Below are positions 9,158 through 16,750 of a DNA stretch of 32,000 nt, one piece after another. The translations under genes and the position numbers were made by a program. Where the stretch lies: NCBI RefSeq assembly GCF_001306055.1, contig NZ_LGHJ01000016.1, forward strand, positions 90,001 through 122,000. Direction: 5' to 3'. The notes below the pieces were generated by a model that saw nothing but the letters and a program-made list of their open reading frames with translations, did not search any database and was not told the origin of the DNA. The stretch is from Bellilinea caldifistulae. Its GTDB lineage: Bacteria > Chloroflexota > Anaerolineae > Anaerolineales > Anaerolineaceae. Positions within the stretch are counted from its first letter, which is position 1. Every line of letters starts with the position of its first letter.

Positions 9158-9186
9158 ATTGTAGCCCGCCGGTAAATTCGGGTCAA
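9158..9186 (-). promoter_or_regulatory. Sigma-70-type promoter for the SHMT-GcvT gene
   Basis: The minus strand reads TTGACC-N17-TACAAT (-35 = 9181..9186, -10 = 9158..9163). This gives a ~75-nt leader ending in AAGAGGAGAG-N5-ATG. Confidence 0.6.
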
Positions 9187-9224
9187 GTCCATTTATCCTG
9201 AACTGGGGTGAAAGTTGTAACCGA

Positions 9225-10067
9225 TTAGTGAGAGGTTGCGGTGATCTGTTTTTCTAACCAGTTTAGAATAACCTCAAATACTCGGTCTTTGTCCGGTTCA
9301 TTGTGTAATTCATGGTACCCCCCTTCCCATTCAACATAGGTGATAAATTGTGGATTTTTTTCTGCCAGTTCGCGTGAGCCTTCCACTGAGGTTAATGCAT
9401 CGGAATTGCCATGCAGTAAAAGGACAGGCACGGAGATTTTCTCTCCGTTCTCCCGAATCCATTCCCCGTTTTCAATGAGCTGGATTGCCAGACGTGCAGA
9501 AATCCATGGATGAACAAGAGGATCGCTTTTGTAAGCCTGAATGACCTGCGGGTCTCTGGAAAGTCCTTCGAGTTTCAAGCCGTTGTTCAAGGCGGTGGAA
9601 GGTACGAGCCGGTTGAGAATTTTTCCAAATACAAGCATGACGCCGGGATCCGAAGCAAGTTTAATGCCGGGAGAGGTCACAATTGCTCCGGTAACGGCGG
9701 GTTTACGTTTGAGTAAATAGGCGAGGACAATGCTCCCGCCGAGTGAGTGACCATATAAAAAAACGGGAAGATTCGGATAGTTTTCTCTGCTTCGGTTTAT
9801 CAGTGCATCCAGCTCTTCAAAGAAGCATTCGTAGGAGTCGACATGACCACGTTTGCCGCCGGTTTGACCATGTCCGGCATGATCCGAGCCGATGACAGCA
9901 TAACCATTTTGGTTAAGGATTTGAGCAACATGTTGGTATCTGCCGGTGTGTTCACCAAGCCCATGCACTAAAAGGACTACACCGCGTGCAATGGGATCGG
10001 GTTTCCACTCAATTCCGTAATAAGTGATTTGATGAGCACTTTCCCAATTAAATTCGATAACGGTCAT
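9225..10067 (-). CDS. Alpha/beta hydrolase (lysophospholipase / monoacylglycerol-lipase-like, Hydrolase_4 type)
   Basis: The 280-aa ORF has the HGLGEHTGRY block, a GHSLGG nucleophile elbow, and a C-terminal HGNSD...GGYHEL arrangement for the Asp/His of the triad. Confidence 0.85.
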   Translation of the reverse strand: MTVIEFNWESAHQITYYGIEWKPDPIARGVVLLVHGLGEHTGRYQHVAQILNQNGYAVIGSDHAGHGQTGGKRGHVDSYECFFEELDALINRSRENYPNLPVFLYGHSLGGSIVLAYLLKRKPAVTGAIVTSPGIKLASDPGVMLVFGKILNRLVPSTALNNGLKLEGLSRDPQVIQAYKSDPLVHPWISARLAIQLIENGEWIRENGEKISVPVLLLHGNSDALTSVEGSRELAEKNPQFITYVEWEGGYHELHNEPDKDRVFEVILNWLEKQITATSH

Positions 10068-10138
10068 ACAATCCTCTGAATTTGGTATGTTGCATCAATA
10101 AGTTTATACCTTTGCCGGTAATTCGGCAAGCCGGATGG

Positions 10139-10147
10139 TGGTAAAAT
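10139..10147 (+). promoter_or_regulatory. Extended -10 element (TGgTAAAAT) upstream of the aminopeptidase operon
   Basis: TGGTAAAAT sits ~46 nt upstream of the ATG at 10193. A GAGGTG SD lies 7 nt before the ATG. Confidence 0.35.
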
Positions 10148-10192
10148 CATACGAGTGAAGGGTTGAAAAATATCATTTTGAGGTGAATCCCC

Positions 10193-11308
10193 ATGATAGA
10201 TCCAAGAATTGAAAAACTGGCCGATATGCTGGTCAATTATTCTGTTGCAGTCAAGGCCGGTGATAAGGTTTGGATCAGAGGCGGAGTTGTTGCTCAGCCG
10301 TTATTACTTGAGATTTACAAAAAGGTATTACAGGCAGGTGGGTTTCCCTACCTGACACCCACATTCCCGCAAGCAGCCGAGATTTTCTACAAAACAGCCA
10401 ACGAAGATCAATTAAAATTTATTGATCCACCCCGCAAGTTGATCATTGAAACGTACGATTGCTCGATCAATATTTTGGGAGACGAAAATACCAAGGCGCT
10501 CTCCAATGTGGATCCACAAAAGATGGTGATAGCCTCTCAGGCACAACAGCCGATTTTTAAAACCTATCTGGAGCGAGCGGCGCGCAAAGAATTCCGCTGG
10601 ACACTGGCTCAATACCCGACCAATGCTCATGCTCAAGACGCAGAAATGAGTCTGGATGAGTACGCCGATTTTGTTTATCAAGCCATGATGCCGGATCTTC
10701 GTGACCCGGTCGGATATTGGAAGAAGTTTTCTGCGCGTCAACAAAAAATTGTGGATTGGCTGAACGGTAAAGAGGAAGTCAGGGTGATCGGCAAGGAAAC
10801 TGACTTGCGTTTGAAAATCAACGGCAGGCGGTTTATCAACTGTGATTGTCATGAGAATGTGCCGGATGGCGAAGTTTTCACCGGACCTGTCGAGGACAGT
10901 GTAGAGGGTCGGGTTTATTTTTCTTATCCGGCAATTTACAGCGGTCGGGAAGTGAGCGGTGTGCGACTGTGGTTTGAAAAGGGAAAAGTGGTTAAAGCGA
11001 CGGCTGAAAAGAACGAAGAATTTTTACATAAAACCCTTGATACAGATGAAGGCGCACGGTTTGTGGGTGAGTTTGCGATTGGCACCAATGAAGGAATCAC
11101 CCGCTTCACCCGCAATATTCTGTTCGATGAAAAAATTGGGGGAAGTTTCCACATGGCATTGGGCGCCAGTTATCCCGAAACCGGTGGGCAAAATCAATCG
11201 GCTGTTCACTGGGATATGATTTGTGACTTGCGCGACGGCGGCGAAATTTGGGTGGATGGGCAATTGCTCTACAGGAACGGACAGTTTGTGATTGATTTAG
11301 GAGATTAA
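10193..11308 (+). CDS. Aminopeptidase, peptidase family M29 (AmpS/PepS-type thermophilic metalloprotease)
   Basis: The 371-aa ORF has the N-terminal KLADMLVNYSVAVKAGDKV block and C-terminal EFAIGTN...GGSFHMALG...HWDMI blocks characteristic of M29. Confidence 0.85.
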   Translation: MIDPRIEKLADMLVNYSVAVKAGDKVWIRGGVVAQPLLLEIYKKVLQAGGFPYLTPTFPQAAEIFYKTANEDQLKFIDPPRKLIIETYDCSINILGDENTKALSNVDPQKMVIASQAQQPIFKTYLERAARKEFRWTLAQYPTNAHAQDAEMSLDEYADFVYQAMMPDLRDPVGYWKKFSARQQKIVDWLNGKEEVRVIGKETDLRLKINGRRFINCDCHENVPDGEVFTGPVEDSVEGRVYFSYPAIYSGREVSGVRLWFEKGKVVKATAEKNEEFLHKTLDTDEGARFVGEFAIGTNEGITRFTRNILFDEKIGGSFHMALGASYPETGGQNQSAVHWDMICDLRDGGEIWVDGQLLYRNGQFVIDLGD

Positions 11309-11309
11309 A

Positions 11310-13742
11310 TTGAATATGGCGAATCCGCCTGAATCACTCACGCAAGAGCCAATCGCGTTTTCGGATCGGGCTCAAAATGGGGGTTGTCTGAAGACTGCCC
11401 TCTTTATTTTCTATCTCATCTGGCTTGGGTTGGTTAGCTTGATTGCCCAGGCAGGGATGTGGCTGATAGAAAATCTGCTGTTCGAAGGTTCAATGGGGCT
11501 TCCCGATGTGCGCGGCTGGGTGGGATTAGGATACCTAATTGCGGTTGGGCTACCTTTAACGGTGTTGATCTGGTTGCCGGGTGTTTTTCGCGGTTTTTTT
11601 CGGGTTGCGGGTATTTCCGTTGCTGTCGGGCTCTTAATGCTGCCTGCCCGATGGTTGTTTCTGACAGATTTTCAATCCGCAACGCTGATTGTGATCGGCT
11701 CGCTGGGGATTGGCATCTGGATTTGTTCGAGGTTATTATCCCATCATCCATCGGATAAGGTGCCAGGCAAATCGCATGATTCGTTTGTTTTTGGAATGAT
11801 CTGGCTTGTTTTTGGATTAGCGTGGATGCCTTATGCCCTTTGGGGGGCATTCGGTTCACTATTGGATGTTTTGTTGGGCATTGGGGTTGGGGGATTGCTG
11901 GGCTGGTTTATGGCGTTGCTGCTGGATTTGTTCATTGAACAATCGCGCTCGGCTCACCCCGCGGAGCAATTCCCTTCACCAGTGTTAAGAATCGTCTTCA
12001 TGGTGGCGGTCGGTTTAATAATCAGCAGTAGTTTACCGTTGGTAGGATTTCAGCTCAGCCTGACGCCGCCATTGATGCTGAGTGCGATTGGCGCAGTTGT
12101 GATTGGCAGTTTTTTGAAAAATTCGCGGAGCGCTTTACGTCACAAGGCGCTTGGTTTATGGATTGGTTCTGCTGCAATTCTCCCATTGGTGTTTGTGGAC
12201 GGAGATGAGTTAATGCTGGTGATCAGCTCAAGCCCGGGGGAATTAATGGAATATGCCTTGAGAATGATGTTCGTTCATTGTCTCGTGCTTCTAATAGGAG
12301 TGGGATTGGGATTAATTTTTCTCAAGAGATTACAAGAAACTGCGATCAGCCGCTGGTTGTACCTTCCGGCCGGACTGGTCTGGGTGGCAGGTCTGACGGT
12401 GTATCTGATTGCCGGGCAGGCGGGGTTTTATGGGGAGCGGTTGTTTGTGATATTTCGCCAGCAGGTCACCTTTGATGAGCAAATGCTCCCCCATGATGTT
12501 GCTGAACGGCGGAATTTTGTCTATCAATCTCTGGTAAGGAATGCCGAAACAACTCAGGCTGATATGCAACGCCAGTTGAATCGCTTGAGGATCGGCTATC
12601 GTTCGTACTATCTGGTGAATGCAATAGAGGTCAATGGGGGACCTTTGGTCAAACTCTGGCTTACCACCCGGCCGGAAGTCGAACGAGTGCTGCCCAGTCC
12701 CCACTTACGTCCATTGTCTGAAACGCTTCCGGCAGTAGAAGGTAGTATTGATGAGTTCGAACCCAATCGGGATTGGAATCTGGCGATGATTCGCGCGCCG
12801 GAAGTATGGAATGAATGGGGGGTGCGCGGAGCGGGCATTGTGATTGGATTGGCCGACTCAGGAGCGGATTGGGAACATCCTCAATTGCATGATCAATACC
12901 GCGGCAAGAACGGTGATCACAATTACAACTGGCTGGATGTCTGGTTTGGCAGTCCTTTCCCGCAGGATACCAGCGGGCATGGTACTCACACCTTGGGGAG
13001 TATTCTTGGAAAAGAGGTGGGGGTCGCGCCGGATGCTGAGTGGATCGGATGTGTCAATCTTGGACGTAATTTGGGCAATCCCGCTGTGTACCTGGATTGC
13101 TGGCAATTTTTGTTGGCCCCCTACCCACAAGGAGGTGATCCATTCCGGGATGGCAGACCGGAAATAGGGGCTCATGTTATCAATAATTCATGGGGCTGTC
13201 CGGAAGTGGAAGGCTGCGACCCCGCGGTTTTTTTACCGGCTGTGCGTGCGCTCAAGGCGGCAGGAGTTTTTGTGGTTGTATCGGCTGGAAATTCCGGTTA
13301 TTCCAGGTGTGGCAGCGTGGATGCACCGCCGGCCATTTATGAGGAAGTGCTGACCGTTGGAGCGGTGAATCGCAATGGAGACCTGGCCGGTTTCAGCAGC
13401 ATTGGCCCGGTCACTGTGGATGGGAGCCAGCGGTTGAAAGCGGAGATTTTAGCGCCCGGAGAAGAAGTTTACTCATCCTTTCCAAATGGCACTTATGAAC
13501 TGGCAAGCGGGACTTCGATGGCCGGCCCGCACGTTGCAGGTGTGGTTGCCTTGATGTGGTCTGCAAACCCAAATCTTATAGGAAGGATTGACGAAACCCG
13601 TCAGATCATATTTGACACTGCCCAAACCTATCGGGGTGTCTTGCCAGAATGCGTGGAAAGCAACATCCGCCCAGCACAGGGAATTGGGTATGGGATCATT
13701 GATGCCTACGCCGCGGTTCAGCGTGCCCGAGAAGCTCGATAG
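11310..13742 (+). CDS. Polytopic membrane domain (~11 predicted TM helices) + I9-like prodomain + S8 subtilisin-family serine peptidase
   Basis: Catalytic triad blocks are present: GLADSGADWEHP (Asp), GHGTHTLGS (His), SGTSMAGPHVAG (Ser). Aa ~25-370 are consecutive hydrophobic helices. The start is either TTG 11310 (GGAG 6 nt upstream, 1 nt after the previous stop) or ATG 11316. Confidence 0.85.
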   Translation: MNMANPPESLTQEPIAFSDRAQNGGCLKTALFIFYLIWLGLVSLIAQAGMWLIENLLFEGSMGLPDVRGWVGLGYLIAVGLPLTVLIWLPGVFRGFFRVAGISVAVGLLMLPARWLFLTDFQSATLIVIGSLGIGIWICSRLLSHHPSDKVPGKSHDSFVFGMIWLVFGLAWMPYALWGAFGSLLDVLLGIGVGGLLGWFMALLLDLFIEQSRSAHPAEQFPSPVLRIVFMVAVGLIISSSLPLVGFQLSLTPPLMLSAIGAVVIGSFLKNSRSALRHKALGLWIGSAAILPLVFVDGDELMLVISSSPGELMEYALRMMFVHCLVLLIGVGLGLIFLKRLQETAISRWLYLPAGLVWVAGLTVYLIAGQAGFYGERLFVIFRQQVTFDEQMLPHDVAERRNFVYQSLVRNAETTQADMQRQLNRLRIGYRSYYLVNAIEVNGGPLVKLWLTTRPEVERVLPSPHLRPLSETLPAVEGSIDEFEPNRDWNLAMIRAPEVWNEWGVRGAGIVIGLADSGADWEHPQLHDQYRGKNGDHNYNWLDVWFGSPFPQDTSGHGTHTLGSILGKEVGVAPDAEWIGCVNLGRNLGNPAVYLDCWQFLLAPYPQGGDPFRDGRPEIGAHVINNSWGCPEVEGCDPAVFLPAVRALKAAGVFVVVSAGNSGYSRCGSVDAPPAIYEEVLTVGAVNRNGDLAGFSSIGPVTVDGSQRLKAEILAPGEEVYSSFPNGTYELASGTSMAGPHVAGVVALMWSANPNLIGRIDETRQIIFDTAQTYRGVLPECVESNIRPAQGIGYGIIDAYAAVQRAREAR

Positions 13743-13761
13743 ATACGAACACCAAAATTTT

Positions 13762-13769
13762 TGTATAAT
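13762..13769 (+). promoter_or_regulatory. Consensus extended -10 element (TGTATAAT) upstream of the sigma-factor operon
   Basis: TGTATAAT begins 20 nt after the S8 peptidase stop and lies ~130 nt upstream of the sigma factor start. No clear -35 is present. Confidence 0.4.
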
Positions 13770-13788
13770 GGAATTAAGCATTAAGAAA

Positions 13789-13911
13789 ATGTTGACAGGA
13801 AGACGAAATTGGAGATTGAGGTTTATTTTTATTGGTGTAACCTCAATCGGGTTTTGGGGTTTATTTAATGCATTGAAAATTCAGGCAGGGATGACATCGT
13901 GGAAGAATTAA
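13789..13911 (+). CDS. Possible 40-aa single-pass membrane mini-protein (hypothetical)
   Basis: The ATG at 13789 gives MLTGRRNWRLRFIFIGVTSIGFWGLFNALKIQAGMTSWKN, a basic N-terminus followed by a ~20-aa hydrophobic helix. The ORF overlaps the sigma start by 13 nt. There is no SD, and it contains a hairpin that could instead be a terminator (see findings). An alternative ATG at 13768 overlaps the -10 element. Confidence 0.2.
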   Translation: MLTGRRNWRLRFIFIGVTSIGFWGLFNALKIQAGMTSWKN

Positions 13912-14465
13912 GTGACGCCGAAGTCATCAGCCGAGCATCGGAAGGCGACCAGGAAGCCTTCAGTGTACTTTACCAACGATACGTCAAGCGTATCTACAAC
14001 TACATCTACTACCGAACCGGTAGTGTGCATGATGCGGAAGATTTGACCGAAAAAGTTTTTTTTCGTGCCATGAATCACATCCACAATTACCGTAACCGCG
14101 GATTGCCTTTTTCGGCATGGTTATACCGCATCGCGCACAATCTGGTGGCGAACTGGCATCGTGATAATAAACGGCGTAAAGAGGTGCCACTTGAAGATCA
14201 TGCCTACACCATTCGGCACGGTGGCGAACATCCTGAAAGTGAGCTGGTGAAGGGGCAAGAGATCGAGCATTTGGTAAAGGTATTACAAAAATTACCGGAA
14301 GATCGTCAGACGCTGATTATTCTCAAGTTCGTTGAACGCTTATCGAATGAAGAAATTGCCCAAATTATGGGAAGGAGTGAAGGAGCTATCAAAAGTTTGT
14401 ATCATCGCACGTTAATCGCCCTCCGCGATGAATTGGACTTGTCAAGTAAGGAGAGAGAAGAATGA
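13899..14465 (+). CDS. ECF-type sigma-70 family RNA polymerase sigma factor
   Basis: The 188-aa ORF has a region 2 block (FSVLYQRYVKRIYNYIYYRTGSVHDAEDLTEKVF...FSAWLYRIAHNLVANWHRD) and a region 4 HTH (LPEDRQTLIILKFVERLSNEEIAQIMGRSEGAIKSLYHRTL). It uses a GTG start. Confidence 0.9.
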   Translation: MEELSDAEVISRASEGDQEAFSVLYQRYVKRIYNYIYYRTGSVHDAEDLTEKVFFRAMNHIHNYRNRGLPFSAWLYRIAHNLVANWHRDNKRRKEVPLEDHAYTIRHGGEHPESELVKGQEIEHLVKVLQKLPEDRQTLIILKFVERLSNEEIAQIMGRSEGAIKSLYHRTLIALRDELDLSSKEREE

Positions 14466-15319
14466 TTAAGATCGTAACCGATGGTTCGGCAGATATGCCA
14501 GAAGGATGGGAAGAAAAATACGACATCAAGATCATCCCTTTATCCATCGTGTTGGGGGAGCAAACCTATCTTCAATATCGAGATGTCACTTCAAAAAATT
14601 TTTATCAACTGGTGAGGGAAAAAAGGTTTCCCCCCAAGACGTCTTTACCCTCTCCCTATCAGATCATGGAGTTTTATCGCTCCATTGCCCAAAAGGGAGA
14701 AGAGGTTCTTTCGATCCATCTGGCAAGCAAGTTATCCGGCACATTTGCGGCTGTAAAACAGGCTGCCGATGAAATTGCCGATGAAATAAAGGTGTACCCG
14801 TTTGATTCGGGGGCTGGCTCTGCCGCGCTGGGATTCATGTGCCGGGAGGCCCGCCTGCTCAGCCAAAAAGGATGGGATGTTCCCCAAATCATGCGGCGGC
14901 TTGAAAAAATGCGCGATCGCTTAACGGTGATCTTTACCCTGGAAAACCTGGAATTTGCCTATCTGAGCGGGCGGATTAATAAATTGCAGACAGCTTTATC
15001 TTCCCTGCTTCGAATCAATCCGATTATTGTCCTTCGGGACGGACTGTTGAATATGTCCGAAAAGGTGCGCAGCCGTCATCGGGCGCTGGATCGAATCGTT
15101 GAACAAGTGCAGCAACGAGTGGGAGATAAAATGGCGTCTCTGGCGGTCGTTCACGCTGCCGCGCCCGAAGCAGCCCAGACCATGGTGGAACGATTGAGAA
15201 AAATTTTCCCAAATGTGCGGGAAATTGTGGTTACCGAGTTATCCATTCCAGTTGCAGCACACCTTGGGCCGGGAACCATCGGAATTGTGGCATACCCCGA
15301 AGAAAACGAAGAGGAATGA
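14462..15319 (+). CDS. DegV family (FakB-like) fatty-acid-binding protein
   Basis: The 285-aa ORF starts MIKIVTDGSADMP and carries the SIHLASKLSGTF and HLGPGTIGI blocks typical of DegV. Its ATG overlaps the sigma stop (ATGA). Confidence 0.9.
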   Translation: MIKIVTDGSADMPEGWEEKYDIKIIPLSIVLGEQTYLQYRDVTSKNFYQLVREKRFPPKTSLPSPYQIMEFYRSIAQKGEEVLSIHLASKLSGTFAAVKQAADEIADEIKVYPFDSGAGSAALGFMCREARLLSQKGWDVPQIMRRLEKMRDRLTVIFTLENLEFAYLSGRINKLQTALSSLLRINPIIVLRDGLLNMSEKVRSRHRALDRIVEQVQQRVGDKMASLAVVHAAAPEAAQTMVERLRKIFPNVREIVVTELSIPVAAHLGPGTIGIVAYPEENEEE

Positions 15320-15570
15320 GCAGTACAATGCAATCACCCATGGTTTTGGACGGTCTAGAGAGCAATCTGGCGAGCTTGTTCAAGCCGGTTGAACCCAGTC
15401 AGGTTTTCGTCGAATCGCTGGCGGTGCGCTTAAAAAGGCCCAAACCGGTTCAATTGGAAAAAGCCGGAAAAACACCCCTGCTTTTGGTTGTGATTGGCAG
15501 CGGATTACTTTTCGGGGTTTTAATCTTCTTAATTTTGCGACTGGTTCGGCTAATTTTATATAAAAGATAG
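15316..15570 (+). CDS. Small tail-anchored membrane protein, hypothetical (candidate non-canonical anti-sigma factor)
   Basis: The 84-aa ORF overlaps the DegV stop (ATGA). A single C-terminal TM helix (LLLVVIGSGLLFGVLIFLILRLV) is followed by a basic tail. In-frame alternative ATGs occur at 15328 and 15340. No zf-HC2 motif (HxxxCxxC) is present. Confidence 0.55.
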   Translation: MSSTMQSPMVLDGLESNLASLFKPVEPSQVFVESLAVRLKRPKPVQLEKAGKTPLLLVVIGSGLLFGVLIFLILRLVRLILYKR

Positions 15571-15574
15571 CAAC

Positions 15575-15829
15575 TCAGACAACGCCGAGTTTGTCTTTTA
15601 ATTGCTGTACAGTGGGTTCAACCAGAATACTGCCGTCCGGGAAAACAATAGTTGGCACACTGCGGTTGCCATTGTTGACCTGTTCAACAAATTTGCGGCC
15701 TTCCATATCCGAATCAATATCAATATATTCATAAGGAATCTTCAACTCATCCAGGGTTGCACGCGCCCGGCGAGAAGTGTAACACCAGGATGTTCCATAA
15801 AAGCGAAGCGGTTGTGAAAAGTTAGTCAA
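15575..15829 (-). CDS. Glutaredoxin/mycoredoxin-like thioredoxin-fold protein with a monothiol CYTS active site
   Basis: The 84-aa ORF has FYGTSWCYTS...NNGNRSVPTIVFPDGS, matching the mycoredoxin/NrdH-like pattern (TSWCxxC...NGGNRTVPT...DGS) except that the second Cys is Ser. It uses a TTG start with a GGAGG SD ~6 nt upstream. It overlaps the upstream gene by 8 nt. Confidence 0.8.
   Translation of the reverse strand: MTNFSQPLRFYGTSWCYTSRRARATLDELKIPYEYIDIDSDMEGRKFVEQVNNGNRSVPTIVFPDGSILVEPTVQQLKDKLGVV
15577..15600 (+). terminator. Weak hairpin + T-run after the sigma/DegV operon
   Basis: AGACAA-cgccgagt-TTGTCT is followed by TTTTA, 7 nt after the stop at 15570. The stem is short and AT-rich, and it lies inside the 3' end of the convergent redoxin gene. 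Confidence 0.25.
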
Positions 15830-16175
15830 TTTGATCCTCCATCCAGCGGTCTAATTCTTGAATGAAATTTCTGGCTTCTTGCAATAAGTCTACTTCAATG
15901 GGTAATTGATGTTCGGGTGTAACCCGCATGGTCAGCAAACCGGCGGATTGGCGGATGGCAGCGGGAAAATCCGAACTTTGGCTTAAAATCTGCAGTGCAT
16001 TCAATCCATTGATTTTGTGAACATCAATTCCCCATTCGGCAAGGCAAGCCTGAGCGGCTAAACCAGCCGCTCGACGGGCGCATACCCGTGCCATGCCTTC
16101 GTTACCTTCCTGGCGGGCAGATTCGCCAAGTGATAATTCCCGGTTGATTTTTGTAAGGGTGTCACTTTTCAGCAT
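15822..16175 (-). CDS. Hypothetical all-helical 117-aa protein (weak HEPN-like resemblance)
   Basis: The ORF has coding-like composition and is translationally coupled to the redoxin gene. It is predicted to be alpha-helical and contains R-x4-H (MRVTPEH). No confident family assignment can be made by eye. Confidence 0.6.
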   Translation of the reverse strand: MLKSDTLTKINRELSLGESARQEGNEGMARVCARRAAGLAAQACLAEWGIDVHKINGLNALQILSQSSDFPAAIRQSAGLLTMRVTPEHQLPIEVDLLQEARNFIQELDRWMEDQID

Positions 16176-16229
16176 TTAGATGTATTTTACCAGTAATTAA
16201 TGGAGGCTTTGATTAAACCAAAAACTACC

Positions 16230-16262
16230 TCCGGGCTTCATGTGAACCCTAGAAAGCCCGGA
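16230..16262 (-). terminator. Intrinsic terminator after the DUF4870 gene
   Basis: TCCGGGCTT-15 nt loop-AAGCCCGGA forms a 9-bp GC-rich stem. On the minus strand it is followed by GTAGTTTTTGGTTT. It lies 27 nt after the stop at 16289. Confidence 0.55.
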
Positions 16263-16288
16263 AGCATCACGGAGTAAGGTGGAATATC

Positions 16289-16627
16289 CTATGCCCAGCC
16301 CTGATTTTTTACAAAGTCGGTGATCACCGGTAAAGTGATATATTCACCTTTGTTGGCTCGAATGGCCAGCCAGATGACCACCCCTAAGGTGAGAATTGGG
16401 CTGATGCAGTTGACAATCGGGATGAAAGCAAGAATGGTGTTGAGAATGACCAGCACAATGCCCAGTACCAATGCCTGCATGTAATGGGCTTTGATGAACG
16501 GTCGGTTCTTCTTGTCTTCCATAAGCAGGATAATGATGGGGATGAGGGGGGTTAATAAATAGGATAAGAGCGCCCATAAGCGGTCATCACTGGTGATGCC
16601 ATCCGGAGAATAGGAAACATCAGACAT
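16289..16627 (-). CDS. DUF4870-family small integral membrane protein
   Basis: The 112-aa ORF has the block DDRLWALLSYLLTPLIPIIILLMEDKKNRPFIKAHYMQAL followed by two further TM helices. This is the typical DUF4870 layout. Confidence 0.75.
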   Translation of the reverse strand: MSDVSYSPDGITSDDRLWALLSYLLTPLIPIIILLMEDKKNRPFIKAHYMQALVLGIVLVILNTILAFIPIVNCISPILTLGVVIWLAIRANKGEYITLPVITDFVKNQGWA

Positions 16628-16750
16628 GGGTTATTACCTCCTTGGCGAAAAGAATTGTGGAAATTAGGATATTACAATTGTATAACGGAATTAGAATGAA
16701 TAAAAGCCATTAATCCAAGCAAATTTAATTTTGTGTTAAAATCATCATTT

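Noticed and set aside
13588-13767. The upstream part of the 107-aa ORF 13588..13911 from the track
   Set aside because: The first 60 codons overlap the 3' end of the S8 peptidase gene in another frame, so they are not credible. Only the intergenic part, from ATG 13768/13789, was kept as a low-confidence mini-ORF.
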